A DNA stretch of 21,885 nt from Bdellovibrionota bacterium FG-2 (GTDB taxonomy: Bacteria > Bdellovibrionota > UBA1018). A program made the position numbers and the translations under genes. The stretch covers positions 1-21,885 of the forward strand of contig JBBCAV010000228.1 of NCBI GenBank assembly GCA_051382305.1, in the 5' to 3' direction. Positions 8,531 to 16,519 of this stretch are shown piece by piece. The first letter of the stretch is position 1. Every line of letters starts with the position of its first letter. The notes beneath the pieces were generated by a model. That model did not search any database. It saw nothing but the letters and a program-made list of their open reading frames with translations, and was not told where the DNA came from.

Positions 8531-9766
8531 GACTCCAAGCCTCGCCTCAAGAGTTCTAATTCGACCGTCGCACCGTTTCAACTCCTGCTCATAGCCCTCA
8601 ATAATCGATCGTTTTGCGGGTAAATATCGTTCAATTTCCTCAATCTTTTTTTGCGCCTCTTCTAACCCCTTGCGCCCTTTTTCTTCTAAGGCCGTATTCT
8701 TATTTCGGGCGCCTTGCTCAATCCAACTTTGATAAACCTTCAAGTTATATTTCATTTTCTCTTGGTTTCGTTGATTGATGTCCAGGCCTTCATTTGCGTT
8801 CTCTATGGCGGCGGCAAAATTGTTCCAGTGCGCAACTTCACTTTTGTAGGATTGCTCAAGCCGCGCCTGATATTCCCCGCGCAGTGAATGATCGGCATAG
8901 CCCGTTCCTCCCTGATACTCCGACATTAAGACGATTTCAGCGAGCCTCTCACGCGTTCCGATCAAATCGCCTTGATCATTGAACAAAGGCTTCATTTTAT
9001 CTGACAGGCTATTTTTCGTCTTTTGTTTGCGAATCTGCGCTCTATATTGAGCTACAAAAGCATCGACTTCATCGCCGAGGGCCAAGACTCGTTTCGCTAA
9101 AAAATCACTCTCATTCTTAAAGCTCAACATATCGACTTCTTCCAGAGGATCAAACTTTACAAAATGGGTAAGCTCATGAACAAAGGTATACAACGCATCA
9201 TCTATCGTTAAGTCTGCACGCAAACATATCGAAGGATTCTTCTGCACAGCAACCTTGGCATACCCCGGAGTCAGCACTTCTTTCGCACTCACACCCCCTT
9301 CCCCCCTCTTGAACGCCTCAATTCTTGCGCGATAGGCATCTTCAACATTCTTGCCTTCCCTTATCGATGCATCATCCCGAAACAAAAAAATGCTCGAAAT
9401 TTCCCCAAAATTAGTCGTGCCATAAGTCATCACTGAAATAGTGCCCAATCCTAGTGAAGATGGACTCCCGTTGGGGGGGGCGGCAGGATCTGTTGGAAAA
9501 AGTCGAACCACCTTCAGAAAATCCATCATTGAATGCGCTCCCACTTTGTCCATGGCCTGAACCAAAAGAGTCTGACTCTCTGAATCCTCGCGCAAAAGTT
9601 TCTCGATCTGCTCCAGCGCATCAACGCTGAGTGCGTCTTTTCCGGCAAGCCAAGTCTGCGGAACTTCAGCCGCAAAGACGAGGGAAACCCTCGGGACCAA
9701 ACTGACTGATCCAAAGAGCGCTAGCCACAGGAAAACTCTAATTTGAAAACGAAATTTACTTTTCAT
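8513..9766 (-). CDS. Exported protein with HExxH zinc-peptidase-like motif and C-terminal coiled coil
   Basis: Signal peptide from ATG 9766 (MKSKFRFQIRVFLWLALFG...VFA), FVHELTHF motif, downstream DEVDAF, heptad-rich last ~110 aa. Confidence 0.7.
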   Translation of the reverse strand: MKSKFRFQIRVFLWLALFGSVSLVPRVSLVFAAEVPQTWLAGKDALSVDALEQIEKLLREDSESQTLLVQAMDKVGAHSMMDFLKVVRLFPTDPAAPPNGSPSSLGLGTISVMTYGTTNFGEISSIFLFRDDASIREGKNVEDAYRARIEAFKRGEGGVSAKEVLTPGYAKVAVQKNPSICLRADLTIDDALYTFVHELTHFVKFDPLEEVDMLSFKNESDFLAKRVLALGDEVDAFVAQYRAQIRKQKTKNSLSDKMKPLFNDQGDLIGTRERLAEIVLMSEYQGGTGYADHSLRGEYQARLEQSYKSEVAHWNNFAAAIENANEGLDINQRNQEKMKYNLKVYQSWIEQGARNKNTALEEKGRKGLEEAQKKIEEIERYLPAKRSIIEGYEQELKRCDGRIRTLEARLGVLLEVL

Positions 9767-9868
9767 CAGCGTCGCACTGTTCAAGAATTGGACCGACGCC
9801 TTCTAGCAATACAGGGGGATTAGCTAGCTTTCGGGGGCGTTTCCCCTGTCCAGGTTTTTGACAACTGA

Positions 9869-11006
9869 CTAAATCGACTTCAATTTTAAGAGGGTAATTT
9901 CCGAAGGGACGCCAAACCTCACAGGAGGCCCCCAGAATCCTGTGCCTCGATTTACATACAAGCACATCTGTCCAATGCGCGCGAGTCCCTTGTAGTAACG
10001 ATGGGCAATCGCGACGAACACACTCCAAGGAAAAAATTGCCCCCCATGCGTGTGGCCCGAAAGCTGTACATCAAATCCCAGTTTATCCGCTTTTTCGTAA
10101 CAATCCGGTCGATGAGCGAGGAGAATTTTCTTCACACCGCTATCCACAGGCAATCCCGCTAACGCTTTCTCCAAATCGGCGCCCGCATCGGTTACGCCTG
10201 CAATCACGAGTGCGGCGCCCTCTTTTCTTACAACCTCGTGTTCATTCAAAAGCACGCGAATGCCAAGAGCCTTCTGAAACGCGATCCACTCAGGAGCCCC
10301 CCAATAATACTCGTGGTTTCCGGTCACAGAGAAAACTCCGCTGGGGGCGCGAAGCCCCTGAAAACCAGTGAATGCTGAATCCATCTGCTCAACCGTTCCA
10401 TCCACAAGATCACCCGTCAAGGCCACTAAATCTGGCGAAAGCGAATTTGAAATTTCCACGATTCGCTTAATGAATGCTGCTCCCAAAATGGCCCCCACAT
10501 GCACATCCGAAATCTGCACAATCCGAAACCCGTTCCACTCCGGGGCCAACCCCGAGGAGGGGGAGCTCCACTTCAATGACCGTGGGATCTTTGAGTGCTT
10601 GATAGATTCCAATTCCCCAAGAACCGAGTGCGGCAATTCCGACCCCAAAAAAGGCGCGACGCTCTAGGTTTGTGGCCGTTGCAGCCGAGAACAAGGGAAG
10701 CCGCTTCAATACAAGCAAAACTAAATCCGAAGCCAGGGCATAAACCACCAGTGACGCAAATAACCCAAGAGTTCCATAGGTCGCCCACTGCAAGACAAAA
10801 GGCCACCCAGACTTGGCAGAAATACCGCGATACAGTATCGGCCCCGAAAACTGCAGTACCACAAAAAGCACAAGCGAAAACCAAACAAACACGCGATGTC
10901 GTCCGAAAAAAGGAATCGTCGCGATCACCCGAGTTCCGAGATAGAAACACCCACCCGATAGCACTAAAATGATTACAGTAATAAAAATCAAAAATCTTAA
11001 TTCCAT
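9869..11006 (-). pseudogene. Membrane-anchored metallophosphoesterase (YkuE/YaeI-like), split by a frameshift
   Basis: The N-terminal TM part (ORF 10467-11006) joins the catalytic part (SDVH, GDLVD, GNHEYY, LAH, SGHTHGGQ) if one base is removed from C4 10550-10553 or G5 10559-10563, giving ...DPTVIEVELP..GLAPEWNGFRIVQISD. Confidence 0.88.
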
Positions 11007-11091
11007 CTTGGCAAAGCCTTAACACTGATTTAGGGGCCCTTACTATTGCATTTACCTAATAATCGTTAGATGAAGAGGATAGGATTATTTT

Positions 11092-11883
11092 ATGAAAAAT
11101 CGCACAAACACAGACATCTTTTCTGAAGTCCCAAAGCTGGATTATGAAGAGCCTGCCCCCGAGGTGTCTTCGGCTGAGTTTAAGAAAGTCGTCTTGAGCA
11201 GACGATCAGTGCGCGTCTACACAAAGGACTCTGTCCCTGAGAACGTCATGCGCGAGTGCCTTGAGCTGGGACTATTGTCTCCCAACTCCTCCAATCTCCA
11301 ACCGTGGGAGTTCTATTGGGTTCGATCGCCCGAAAAGAAAAAACTTATTGTGGAGGCCTGTCTTTCGCAACCGGCGGCTGCCACCGCGCAGGAGCTCGTG
11401 GTGTGCGTGGCCCGCACCAAAACCTGGAAGCAAAATGCGAAACTCATGATCCAAGCGTTTGATCAGGCGCAAGCACAAGGGCAAACAATTCCGGAAAGTG
11501 TTCGAAGCTATTACGGCAAACTCGTGCCGCTCGCATATTCTCAGGGTTACTTGGGATTATGGGGCGCCCTCAAATCTCTGATCGTAAAAATCCGCGGGCT
11601 AACGAAGGCCACGCCCCGGGAACCCACGAGCTTGAGTGAGATGAAAATTTGGGCCTCCAAAACGACAGCCCTGGCTGCCCAAACTCTGATGCTCGCTTTT
11701 CGGGCCTATGGTTTTGATACTTGCCCGATGGAGGGTTTGGATTCGACTTATGTCAAAAAGGCCTTAGGCCTTTCAAAAGATGCGATGGTGGTGATGGTAT
11801 TATCGGTAGGAAAGCGCGCTCCCAATGGAATCTATGGTCCGAGAGTCCGATTTGAGAGCGCGCGTTTTATTAAAGAAGTTTAG
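11092..11883 (+). CDS. Nitroreductase family protein
   Basis: SRRSVRVY, SPNSSNLQPWEF and GFDTCPMEG FMN-binding motifs. Confidence 0.93.
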   Translation: MKNRTNTDIFSEVPKLDYEEPAPEVSSAEFKKVVLSRRSVRVYTKDSVPENVMRECLELGLLSPNSSNLQPWEFYWVRSPEKKKLIVEACLSQPAAATAQELVVCVARTKTWKQNAKLMIQAFDQAQAQGQTIPESVRSYYGKLVPLAYSQGYLGLWGALKSLIVKIRGLTKATPREPTSLSEMKIWASKTTALAAQTLMLAFRAYGFDTCPMEGLDSTYVKKALGLSKDAMVVMVLSVGKRAPNGIYGPRVRFESARFIKEV

Positions 11884-11893
11884 TGCCACACTC

Positions 11894-12468
11894 TTAGAGC
11901 GGACGGCAGGTCACACTTTGCCGACGCTGATTGGCGAACTGATACCCTGACCGCTGAGTGCATTCTTGAACCGCTTGTTTGCGATATTGCTCAAGAGCAA
12001 AGCGATCAACCGTCTCTGTGAAAGTCTGAGATTGACCGGAGGAGACCTGCGAAAAGGATTCACAAACCATGAAATGTTGGGGAGGTTGAGGAGGATATCC
12101 ATGTCCAGGGCCGCCGGGGCCACCGTGTCCGGGATAATCGCTCCCATCTGAATTAGCCACAACTTGAACAATCTGAGCCAAAAGTTGGTTAACCTGATTG
12201 AGTTCTGATTGCGAAAGTCCGTAACCTCGTTGCTCTAGCAAGTCACTCACATCACGACTTGCGCCAATAACTTCTTGCGCTCCTGCGTTGAAACCAATTC
12301 CGCCGCGCCCCCCCCCAAAGTCACCGCCTGGGCCGCCAGGACCACCAGGGCCAAATGATCATCCGCCGAATCCCCCCCCCCAAAAGAAGAACCGGCAAAA
12401 GCAGACCAGCTGGTGCTCATAATAAACAAAAGAGATACCGCTACTTTCGAAACAGATGAAAAGGACAT
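11894..12468 (-). pseudogene. Exported Gly/Pro-rich protein with Cys-containing C-terminal domain, split by a frameshift
   Basis: ATG 12468 with GGGGTAG RBS and signal peptide (...WSAFA-G). Adding one base at the A3 run 12353-12355 gives ...DDHFGPGGPGGPGGDFGGGRGGIGFNAGAQEVIGASRDVSDLLEQRG..., continuous with ORF 11894-12250, which has a second GGPGGPG block. Confidence 0.7.
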
Positions 12469-12529
12469 ATTTTCTACCCCCAGGTTTAAAAGTTTAACCA
12501 AAATCAACTTTACTTGGGAGGGCCTCTTC

Positions 12530-12545
12530 GCAAGCACGGTGCCAA
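12530..12545 (-). promoter_or_regulatory. Sigma-54 (-24/-12) promoter
   Basis: Minus strand TTGGCACcgtgcTTGC matches TGGCAC-N5-TTGC, ~60 nt upstream of ATG 12468, with an AT-rich tract further upstream. Confidence 0.8.
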
Positions 12546-12694
12546 CGAGTGAAATATTAAATAACTTCAACATTTTCATGAAGTTAAATTAGTGTTTGAT
12601 CTCATACAGATACGCCGCGAGAACCGCATTTTTTGACACTGGCGCATTTTGATTCCGCTCCACTTTGGCCAATAAGTGCCCTATCATAGAGAGC

Positions 12695-13075
12695 ATGGCG
12701 AACATTCCCACTCAACCATTTAAGGTCTGCCCAAATTGTAAAAAAAACTGGGGTTCGCGCGATGTGCTCATTGAGGACCCGGCCATTGAACTTATCGGTT
12801 ATCAAATGGCGAAAGACAGTGTCGAAAAGGGTCTCTTCTTATTTAATCATAACGCAGAAAACTGCTGCACCACGCTTTCGTGTAAGGTCGCAGGTTTTAC
12901 GGACCTTTACGAAGGGAAGCTCTTTACCGAAGATTTGTTTGGCACAGCGACTTGTGAAAAACATTGTTTAAATCGAAATGATCTTTCGGAATGCAACCAG
13001 CCTTGTTCCAACCATTTTGTAAGAACGATTCTCCAAGTAATTCTCAAAAAGAATGAGAATCAGAAAAAACGATAA
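12695..13075 (+). CDS. Cys-rich conserved hypothetical protein (probable metal binder)
   Basis: FKVCPNC, IGYQ, GLFLFNH, CCTTL and CEKHC...CNQPC. ATG 12695 is preferred over TTG 12665. Confidence 0.75.
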   Translation: MANIPTQPFKVCPNCKKNWGSRDVLIEDPAIELIGYQMAKDSVEKGLFLFNHNAENCCTTLSCKVAGFTDLYEGKLFTEDLFGTATCEKHCLNRNDLSECNQPCSNHFVRTILQVILKKNENQKKR

Positions 13076-13148
13076 AGCCTCCTCGCATGGGTCCCGCCGC
13101 CGGGTTGGGTAACTTGCTAATGATACGTCGCACAAGACGTTTCTAAGC

Positions 13149-13172
13149 AACTTTCTTCACCCCCCGCTCGTA
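13149..13172 (+). promoter_or_regulatory. Candidate ECF sigma promoter (AAC-N17-CGT)
   Basis: AACTTT-N12-CTCGTA. The same motif and spacing recur at 20403-20426. Confidence 0.6.
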
Positions 13173-13196
13173 CCCAAAAGAAAGAGGAGATTCACA

Positions 13197-14174
13197 ATGC
13201 AACGTACGAACCTAACGCGCCTAACCATCCTTACCCTCACCACGATCCTAGGTTTCGGTCTCGGTGCCTGTAACGCCCCGCCACCCTTGATCACCCCCAC
13301 TGTAAGCGTTCCCCAAACCCAAGATTCTTCGACCAAAACCACACCCGAATCAGAAACCGCACCGCCGCCCGAAACCGTCCCGGCGCCAGAGCCCACAGCT
13401 ACAACGACACCAACCACTAACCCCACTCCTACTGCTACCCCCACCCCAACTCCGACCGTTTCTCCAAGCCCCAGCCCAACCCCAAGCCCAAAGCCACCGT
13501 CGAACCAAGGTCGCCTAGCTCCCTACACAACCGGCGCCCTGGTCTTCGGTGGCGATGGAGTATGGACGGGCGAAATGGCTAAGATCGAACAAATCTTAGA
13601 TGATCACTTCATTAGCTACCGAGAGTTCACGACCACTCAGCTCAACGCCCTAAGCGTCGATGACATCGCTCAATACGGAATGATTGTTTGGCCGGGAGGG
13701 AGTGGAACCAGCGAAGTCGCCACCCTCACCACCCAGATCAAAGCCAATTTGAAAACTGCAGTCCAAGATCGAGGAGTGAGTTTCATTGGATTCTGTGCAG
13801 GCGCGTTCATTGGCGTGTCGCCCCTAGGACTGATTTCTCATTCTATCTTGGATTACTATTTTCTGGAAAACCAAGGGGTAAGCTCGGCGATGGTTCTAAC
13901 CGCCTGGGCCGACGGCTCAACCCATGACCTTGTTTGGTATGGAGGACCCGTGACCCCGGATGGAGCAGGTGCCGTGATTGCCAAGTATCCCGATGGAAAC
14001 CCAGCCATCTCTCAGATTTGGGGCAAGCGCGGCTTAGTCATTTTGTCCGGTCCTCATCCTGCCGCCCCCGACTCCACACGAACATCTATGGGCGACTCGG
14101 ATGGCTCTGACGATGACGCCGCCTGGGAACTTATGAATGCAACCCTTGAGCAAATCCCGCTAACTGCTTATTAA
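13197..14174 (+). CDS. Lipoprotein with Pro/Thr stalk and BPL_N (class I glutamine amidotransferase-like) domain
   Basis: Lipobox LGAC, ~75-aa PT/PS-rich linker, and motifs IVWPGG, FIGFCAGAF (nucleophile elbow), WYGGP and GLVILSGPHP typical of BPL_N. GAGGAG RBS. Confidence 0.85.
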   Translation: MQRTNLTRLTILTLTTILGFGLGACNAPPPLITPTVSVPQTQDSSTKTTPESETAPPPETVPAPEPTATTTPTTNPTPTATPTPTPTVSPSPSPTPSPKPPSNQGRLAPYTTGALVFGGDGVWTGEMAKIEQILDDHFISYREFTTTQLNALSVDDIAQYGMIVWPGGSGTSEVATLTTQIKANLKTAVQDRGVSFIGFCAGAFIGVSPLGLISHSILDYYFLENQGVSSAMVLTAWADGSTHDLVWYGGPVTPDGAGAVIAKYPDGNPAISQIWGKRGLVILSGPHPAAPDSTRTSMGDSDGSDDDAAWELMNATLEQIPLTAY

Positions 14175-14180
14175 GCCGCA

Positions 14181-14241
14181 CAAAAACGAAATGGCCCCGG
14201 GAGCTTCCTAGGCTCCGCGGGGCCGAATTATTAATCTTTTT
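14181..14241. terminator. Intrinsic terminator, likely bidirectional
   Basis: GC-rich hairpin 14193-14224 (GGCCCCG..GGAGC/GCTCC..CGGGGCC). U-rich tail directly after on the minus strand (ATTTCGTTTTTG) and a weaker T-tract on the plus strand. Confidence 0.8.
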
Positions 14242-14262
14242 ATTAAACGAAAATCTTCATCC

Positions 14263-14409
14263 CATTCTGAGTCTTAGCTGCCACCGTCACACCCGGCCAG
14301 GCGCAACCTGACAGTCCATGAGCCCCATCGATACCAGATGGGTTCGCCCATGCTATTTCCGCTTTGGAGGGACCAGAGCGTGAACATCGATTATAAACTT
14401 CCCAGAGTG
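14263..14409 (-). ncRNA. Candidate structured RNA (long irregular hairpin, 6S-like shape; family unassigned)
   Basis: Nested helices found by hand: 14409-14401/14271-14263, 14383-14371/14298-14287, 14352-14346/14323-14317 and 14342-14337/14329-14324. Several G-U pairs work only on the minus strand. Followed by a terminator. Confidence 0.5.
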
Positions 14410-14532
14410 CATCATCTTACGTACCTCCGTTCTACATAAACCACTCTAGCGGAAAAGAACGGAGTCCATAATGTGTCAAATAAGATTAATTTATTGTTAA
14501 GACCATAAAGTGATACAACTCAATGAAATCCA

Positions 14533-14925
14533 TTAGTTTTTCACCGAAAAAAACTCGGTCGCAACCCCTCCGTCACTCCCGGTCACACTCATGCGACAAC
14601 GCCCCGTTTCCGCCGGCGCCACTTCAATCTCGACCCACTTTTCTTCAAGTTTCTCAACACTCTCAATACGAAGAAGAGCAGCCCACAAAAGGCGCATCAC
14701 CTGCTTCGAAAGATCCGCGGGTCGGCACTCCAATTTCATCGATGTTTCAGGTTTCTTGAATCGCAGCTCGATTCCATGGTTTTTAAACCGTTCGCTAAAA
14801 AGATCCAAAACCCCTTCAATCACCTGTGCAAGCTCCACATGTGCCACCGGGCCATCCACCAGCGCAATCATCCTAAGACTCCGAACAATTCGGGCAATCC
14901 GACCAAGGCCAAAATCCCACTTCAA
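14533..14925 (-). pseudogene. Truncated/degenerate histidine kinase fragment (end of HisKA + partial HATPase_c)
   Basis: RIARIVRSLR (HisKA helix 2) and ELAQVIEGVLDLFSERFKNHGIEL...LECRPADL...EKWVEIEV. It lacks the H-box, the N-box Asn and the G-boxes, and its 5' end abuts istB. Confidence 0.65.
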
Positions 14926-14931
14926 AATCCG

Positions 14932-15714
14932 ATGACCACGATAGTACCGGCTGATCTTACTTCGGTGACTGAGGGTTTAAAGCAATTAAAACTCCAGCAT
15001 TGGCGGGACACAGTCGTAAAAGACTGGGCAACCATAAAGCCAGCCGAACAACAGTTCTTGGCTGCGGCTCTTAAGAAGTGGATCTCAACTGAACTAGCCG
15101 AGCGCCACACTGCCAGTATCCAAAGACGCATCGAAAATGCAAAACTTATTCGTGTTCAATCGGTAGATCAGTTTGACGTCAAGTACAATGCCTCCACTCG
15201 TGCGATTGAAAAAGACTACCTTAAGCTTCACCAGCAAACGCTTGATGGCAAGATCCCTCATGCCGTATTCGTGGGCAATACAGGGCTTGGCAAGACCCAT
15301 TTGGGACGTGCTTTGGGCTATGCTGCCTGTCAGGCGGGCTTCTCCGTCTTATTCACAAAGGCCTCAGAGATCGTCAATGACCTGGCAACGGCCAAGGCCA
15401 TTCACAACTTGGAGCGTGCGCTCCGCAAATACCGCAAACCTCAATTATTGCTAGTGGACGAAGTCGGCTACGTGAGCATGGACACCGAGGCCGGAAATCT
15501 TTTCTTCCAGGTTATATCCGATAGGTACGACAGGGGGCTTGGCACAATAGTGACCACCAACTTCGCCTTCGGACACTGGAACCAGATTTTTGCCGCCGAA
15601 TCCACTGCGCTCGTCATCGTCGAGCGTCTTACTGCGAATGCTGAGGTGTTTTACTTGGAAGGAGAAAGCTATCCCCAGCATCAAAGAAAAAAGAAAAATC
15701 AAAATAAACGATAA
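14932..15714 (+). CDS. istB: IS21-family helper ATPase IstB
   Basis: LKQLKL N-terminus, Walker A GNTGLGKT, Walker B LLLVDEVGY, FFQVISDRY, TTN and W..IF. ATG 14932 gives the normal ~260-aa size; the extension to 14776 is antisense of the kinase remnant. Confidence 0.92.
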   Translation: MTTIVPADLTSVTEGLKQLKLQHWRDTVVKDWATIKPAEQQFLAAALKKWISTELAERHTASIQRRIENAKLIRVQSVDQFDVKYNASTRAIEKDYLKLHQQTLDGKIPHAVFVGNTGLGKTHLGRALGYAACQAGFSVLFTKASEIVNDLATAKAIHNLERALRKYRKPQLLLVDEVGYVSMDTEAGNLFFQVISDRYDRGLGTIVTTNFAFGHWNQIFAAESTALVIVERLTANAEVFYLEGESYPQHQRKKKNQNKR

Positions 15715-15847
15715 CTGCCCCGTCATCTTCGTGGCCTGCCGCAACTGAACGATCTCACTGTGGTGGCCACGGAGAAAGGGGCTGATCTACGCTAAAACGC
15801 CGACAGGTCAGGCAAAGTGCCGTCCTGTGCCCCAAATGACGACATCT

Positions 15848-15921
15848 TGGCCCATCCGATTCCGCCACTGGCCCCCGCTAGACCGCCAAAAATGGCCCCT
15901 CTAGATCCCGCCGCTTCCACA
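15848..15921 (+). repeat. IS21 right-end multiple repeats TGGCCC-N8/9-CCGCC x3
   Basis: Copies at 15848-15866, 15869-15887 and 15893-15912, with terminal CA at 15920-15921. Confidence 0.8.
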
Positions 15922-15965
15922 AAAAATCATTACCCGAGTCATGCACTGATGTAGCTCTCACTTTT

Positions 15966-16509
15966 ATGAAAACATCGCTTCTCGCCATCATCCTCATCCT
16001 ATTCGGCCACGCCTCATTCGCGGCCGAAAAAAGCCGCAGCGAAAAATCTTGGAGTTGGCGTCGCACTCAATACCAACCAAAATGCTCCCGACGGTGCCAT
16101 CGAAGCTAATTTTCGATTTACGACTTTAAAGAACTCTAATCTGCGATTGAATTATTCTGAAAATTTTCTCCAAGCCACTGAGCGCGGCTCAACGGATGTA
16201 AGTCTGATCCCCTATCATGTTTGGTCTCTTGGATTTCTCACCCCGCATCACGAAGAGAATTCAATACGTGGTTATTCAACTATTGCCCTAAGTGCGATCT
16301 CCCCTGACATAAGGATTTCCTAATCCCACACCTGGAACCTTTACATAGCAGTTGGAGCAGAGTTTAGCGCGGCAGAAGATCGGAACCATCTCATTTTCAT
16401 CGAAATCGGCGAGCTCGTTTCCACAAAACGCGCTCAAAATGTCCCCACTAGCCCTTTTTATGCGACAGGCTTAGTTGTTTCCGGTGGCTTTCGATCCTAC
16501 CTATTTTAA
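15966..16509 (+). pseudogene. Small outer-membrane beta-barrel-like protein, broken by a frameshift and an in-frame stop
   Basis: Signal peptide MKTSLLAIILILFGHASFA. A +1 frameshift at the A-runs near 16027-16046 leads into NLGVGVALN...; TAA at 16321-16323; the frame continues WNLYIAVGAEF...LIFIEIG...GLVVSGGFRSYLF*, ending in a C-terminal Phe beta-signal. Confidence 0.7.
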
Positions 16510-16519
16510 CCTAATACCC

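Larger units (their letters stand above)
14932..15921 (+). mobile_element. IS21-family remnant (istB + right end; istA and left end absent)
   Basis: istB is followed by three sub-terminal repeats and a terminal ...CACA (TGTG on the minus strand), as expected for IS21 ends. Confidence 0.8.

Noticed and set aside
10573-11025. Overlapping alternative-frame ORFs around the phosphoesterase and other short ORFs nested in long genes
   Set aside because: They have no recognisable motifs or RBS and are explained by the frameshifted or opposite-strand real gene.
12469-12579. Longer N-terminus for ORF 12247-12579
   Set aside because: It would span the sigma-54 promoter. ATG 12468 has the RBS and begins the signal peptide.
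13157-13444. Val/Gly-rich minus-strand ORF (likewise 20578-20760)
   Set aside because: These are antisense shadows of the Pro/Thr linkers.
14300-14400. SRP RNA, SAM-I or c-di-GMP riboswitch
   Set aside because: Only short fragments match (TCAGGT, GGAGGGAC). The SRP GGAA apical loop with AGCAG and the riboswitch cores are absent.
14776-14931. 52-aa N-terminal extension of IstB in the ORF track
   Set aside because: It is the antisense of the kinase remnant. IstB similarity begins at ATG 14932.
14932-15714. DnaC loader or CAST/Tn7 TnsC interpretation of the ATPase
   Set aside because: Motifs and the adjacent end repeats are IS21-type, and no replication initiator, tniQ or cas gene is nearby.
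15848-15912. Three short repeats that could be a mini-CRISPR or iterons
   Set aside because: The spacers are only 2-5 nt, no cas genes are present, and position and terminal CA fit IS21 end repeats.
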